Assembly: GCA_012295275.1 (NCBI GenBank)
Contig: CM022670.1
Coordinates: 4,030,001 to 4,094,000 of the forward strand
Source: Chrysomallon squamiferum
Taxonomy: Eukaryota; Animalia; Mollusca
Direction of reading: 5' to 3'
Length of the DNA stretch: 64,000 bases
Below are positions 62,550-64,000 of the stretch, in pieces (the first letter of the stretch is position 1; every line of letters starts with the position of its first letter). The notes below the pieces were generated by a model. That model had not been told where the DNA came from. It worked only from the letters and a program-made list of their open reading frames with translations, and made no database searches. Position numbers and translations under genes: made by a program.

Positions 62550-63529
62550 AGTTGTGGATCTTTTTCATATTATTGTTTTGCTTTCATCAAATATCCATTA
62601 AGAAAGAATAAAACCTCAAAAACTCATAAACCCTGAAAACAAATAAAATATGTTGAAACTATAATTTAAAAAGTTAATATGCTATCAAACTTATAGTGTC
62701 ACCAAATTTTTGATGTGTTTACTAATATACTTATGATATAATTTTCTTTCAGTCTGTATTTATTAATAATGTTGAAAAATTATATTTTACAGTCACTTCA
62801 AGTCTCCCCATATAAATGTTTCTTCCGTTAAAGAGGAAAGCAGTGATGAATCAACAATAATTTCATCACAGACATCAACACTAACAAGAAATCAAGGTAA
62901 ACATATTTTCAGCATGCTAAAATGTATTTATTTACTGGGATAATAGTTTTTGTGAAATAAGTAACAAGATCATAAATACATTTTGATCTGAATATTTTTA
63001 AAAGATATGTGATCTTCAAAATACTAGTTGAAATTATATTAGGTGTCTGTGTTTTCATCAGCAAAGTTTGTGAGATGCTGTTAATTTTATTTTGTAGTTT
63101 TTTCTTTTTAATTTTTTAATGGTAATTTGTGAACAGTATTTGGATAAAAATTTAAATAAGACTATTTTATCTATACATTTTTTTATTATTTTTGTTTTTA
63201 TTTATTTATTTATTTTTTTCACTTTACCTTTTTGTTTCAGATGAGTGCTAATAATATTTCCAAAAACAATTAAATAAAAAATTTTTAAAAAAAACACAAC
63301 AAAAACAAGATCTTTTTCTTGCATTACAAATACCAACAGCAGATTATCCAGTTCCAGATCTTTGTATTTCATAGTTTTCAAGCTGTTTTCTGTTTCGGTC
63401 ACAAAGTAAAACTGTATATTTCTAGGTCCAGAAGACATGGAAAAGCATCGAGACAACAACACAAGTCCTCCCAGGATTGAATTTCTTGAAGATGATGATG
63501 ATGAGGATGATCTCGAAGAAGATGAAAAG
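22713..63529 (+). CDS. kibra: Protein KIBRA / WWC family (WW and C2 domain-containing Hippo pathway scaffold); 3'-partial, 18 coding exons in window
   Basis: join(22713..22840,32315..32424,34619..34713,34909..35017,41625..41784,45758..45887,52415..52540,53675..53826,54623..54787,55315..55404,55605..56468,57755..57820,58765..58851,59087..59270,61515..61712,62368..62456,62793..62896,63426..63529) = 2961 nt, 987 codons, all GT-AG with compatible phases. Hallmarks: MPR..LPEGWE..D.DGKV..IDH....[56 protein letters not shown]2 domain, [19 protein letters not shown]. No stop codon is reached in the window. Confidence 0.96.
25425..26595. repeat. Minisatellite, 28-31 bp unit GTT(GTT)ATTTGGGTTACTACATTGTATTACA, with a higher-order block of about 212 bp
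   Basis: Direct reading. Degenerate at the left end and homogeneous at the right; the block starting at 25818 recurs at 26030. Confidence 0.95.
32315..32424 (+). CDS. kibra: KIBRA exon 2 (WW2)
   Basis: ttcag|T...C|gtgagt; [36 protein letters not shown]. Confidence 0.95.
34205..34350 (-). mobile_element. Degraded copy of the same SINE-like repeat
   Basis: ACACATTTT...GGTGTCAACATATGGTT...GAGAGATGAAACCTGC...TAGCAGCAAGATCTTTT (34328-34344); GAGAGATGAAAC mirrors GTTTCATCTCTC in the 42340 copy. Confidence 0.5.
34619..34713 (+). CDS. kibra: KIBRA exon 3 (end of atypical WW2, start of coiled coil)
   Basis: ttcag|AG...GCT|gtaagt; [32 protein letters not shown]. Confidence 0.95.
34909..35017 (+). 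CDS. kibra: KIBRA exon 4
   Basis: tccag|GCC...T|gtgagt; [36 protein letters not shown]. Confidence 0.95.
39421..39540. repeat. 55-bp dispersed element plus (ATT)n tract, copy 2
   Basis: 39421-39475 matches 14966-15020 at 52 of 55 nt; followed directly by (TTA)n. Confidence 0.85.
41625..41784 (+). CDS. kibra: KIBRA exon 5
   Basis: tgcag|TG...AG|gtgagt; [53 protein letters not shown]. Confidence 0.95.
42340..42545 (+). mobile_element. Degraded interspersed repeat (SINE-like), best copy in window
   Basis: Core AAAGATCCCTTGCTGCTA 42399-42416 is the exact reverse complement of 44441-44458, and similarity extends to other copies. SINE identity and sense strand are inferred from recollection of a gastropod repeat, not verified. 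Confidence 0.55.
43840..44340. repeat. Old tandem repeat, about 3 diverged copies of a 180-220 bp unit
   Basis: Anchors (G/A)AATTCTT near 43849, 44067 and 44250, each followed by GTCACA-containing similarity; ATACATGTGTCTT is shared by the first two copies. Confidence 0.65.
44370..44515 (-). mobile_element. Degraded copy of the same SINE-like repeat
   Basis: TAGCAGCAAGGGATCTTT 44441-44458 followed by CACCTTCCCAAAGACAGCACATACCAC. Confidence 0.55.
45095..45265 (-). mobile_element. Heavily degraded copy of the same SINE-like repeat
   Basis: AACACATTTTT...GGTTATGGC...GAGAAAAATCTGCTG...CAGTAAGGAATCTTTTGTGTG...TCCCATAGA in the same order as the other copies. Confidence 0.4.
45758..45887 (+). CDS. 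kibra: KIBRA exon 6
   Basis: tctag|G...CAG|gtaaaa; [43 protein letters not shown]. Confidence 0.93.
48764..48960. repeat. Recent tandem duplication of about 100 bp
   Basis: AACCTGAAGCCA at 48764 and 48864, each followed by an identical AATGAATTCTTTTACATTAGTAATTTTAATTTTTCATTATTACTACTTAATTT. Confidence 0.9.
49731..50908. repeat. Intronic microsatellites: (GT)n(GA)n 49731-49802, (TA)n about 50300-50363, (CA)n about 50725-50765, (CT)n about 50835-50908
   Basis: Direct reading; separate tracts. Confidence 0.9.
52415..52540 (+). CDS. kibra: KIBRA exon 7 (SQTD dynein-light-chain-type motif)
   Basis: tgcag|AGC...GAG|gtaatt; [42 protein letters not shown]. Confidence 0.93.
53675..53826 (+). CDS. 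kibra: KIBRA exon 8 (coiled coil)
   Basis: tttag|TTT...AG|gtaagt; [50 protein letters not shown]. Confidence 0.93.
54623..54787 (+). CDS. kibra: KIBRA exon 9 (coiled coil)
   Basis: ttcag|G...AG|gtaaca; [55 protein letters not shown]. Confidence 0.93.
55050..55221. repeat. Degenerate (TG)n microsatellite
   Basis: Direct reading. Confidence 0.93.
55315..55404 (+). CDS. kibra: KIBRA exon 10
   Basis: gacag|G...AG|gtaaat; [30 protein letters not shown]. Confidence 0.93.
55605..56468 (+). CDS. kibra: KIBRA exon 11 (large Ser-rich exon with PPSY and DSGVFE)
   Basis: ttcag|C...AG|gtgaga; [29 protein letters not shown] ... [23 protein letters not shown]; matches ORF 55606..56472. Confidence 0.95.
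57755..57820 (+). CDS. kibra: KIBRA exon 12 (start of C2 domain)
   Basis: ttcag|G...AA|gtaaga; [21 protein letters not shown]. Confidence 0.9.
58765..58851 (+). CDS. kibra: KIBRA exon 13 (C2)
   Basis: ttcag|G...GT|gtaagt; [30 protein letters not shown]. Confidence 0.93.
59087..59270 (+). CDS. kibra: KIBRA exon 14 (C2)
   Basis: taaag|G...TTG|gttagt; [61 protein letters not shown]. Confidence 0.93.
61515..61712 (+). CDS. kibra: KIBRA exon 15 (end of C2)
   Basis: tccag|GGC...CAG|gtgagc; [29 protein letters not shown]...LTPSQ. Confidence 0.93.
62229..62330. repeat. (TG)n microsatellite just upstream of the KIBRA exon 16 acceptor
   Basis: Direct reading. Confidence 0.95.
62368..62456 (+). CDS. 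kibra: KIBRA exon 16
   Basis: tacag|AAG...AG|gtaaat; [29 protein letters not shown]; needed to bridge phase 0 to phase 2. Confidence 0.85.
62793..62896 (+). CDS. kibra: KIBRA exon 17
   Basis: tacag|T...G|gtaaac; [34 protein letters not shown]. Confidence 0.9.
63426..63529 (+). CDS. kibra: KIBRA exon 18 (acidic stretch)
   Basis: tctag|GT...AAG|gtgaat; [35 protein letters not shown]; KIBRA proteins have an acidic tract after the C2 domain. Confidence 0.88.
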
Positions 63530-64000
63530 GTGAATAAACATACACACATGCATGAAATAGTATTTATATACACCTGTGTTCAGATTTGCTTAATGCTTAT
63601 GTTCCAGCATTATGAACATAACAACTAAATTATGATCAAATGCTTAAGCAAAACATGTTCCATTATTTTAAGATATTGTATACTTAACCTATCAGATTTG
63701 TTTTACATTTCTGTGGAATAACGTAACATAATAAAAAGATGAAAGCATCCTATGAGCATCTTCTTTTGTTTGTTACTTTAATACTTCATTATTAGCAAAG
63801 GCTTGGGGTCTAGGAAATGCATAACGAATCTCATATATACAGAAGTATACAGAATTATTAAAGATACTTGTTTCACAGTTTAAATATTTTAATGTATTGA
63901 TACCCATACAGAGGTATGAAAGATCAAACCAAAAATCTTTACACATAGAAGACCTGTTTGTACACAGTTATACACAATGTAATATATATTTTTATTGCTA

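Overview
This is AT-rich, microsatellite-dense animal genomic DNA, not prokaryotic. It is probably lophotrochozoan or molluscan, which is an inference from protein style and repeats. Nearly all ORF-track entries are simple-repeat artefacts. Reading splice sites by hand gives two intron-rich genes, both on the + strand. (1) An SLC6 Na+/Cl--dependent transporter of the GABA/taurine/creatine group, closest in motifs and exon sizes to the creatine-transporter (CT1/SLC6A8) lineage. It has 12 phase-compatible coding exons from 8646 to the stop at 15845; the TM1 exon is not in the window. (2) A KIBRA/WWC Hippo-pathway scaffold with its ATG at 22713 and 18 phase-compatible exons (987 codons) to 63529, continuing past the window. 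It has tandem WW domains, coiled coils, an SQT motif, a DSGVFE degron and a C2 domain. I see no CRISPR array, rRNA, tRNA or intact transposon, and I cannot claim a new multi-gene system. The best leads are: a remodelled SLC6 substrate pocket (TM10 one residue short, with Arg and E->Q); a stop-free 3n intron inside TM8; a sharp CpG-depletion boundary at the KIBRA 5' end; a possible spliced antisense transcript in the first 4 kb; a TEAD/NF-Y/E-box/YY1 KIBRA promoter with uORFs; and several small repeat structures.
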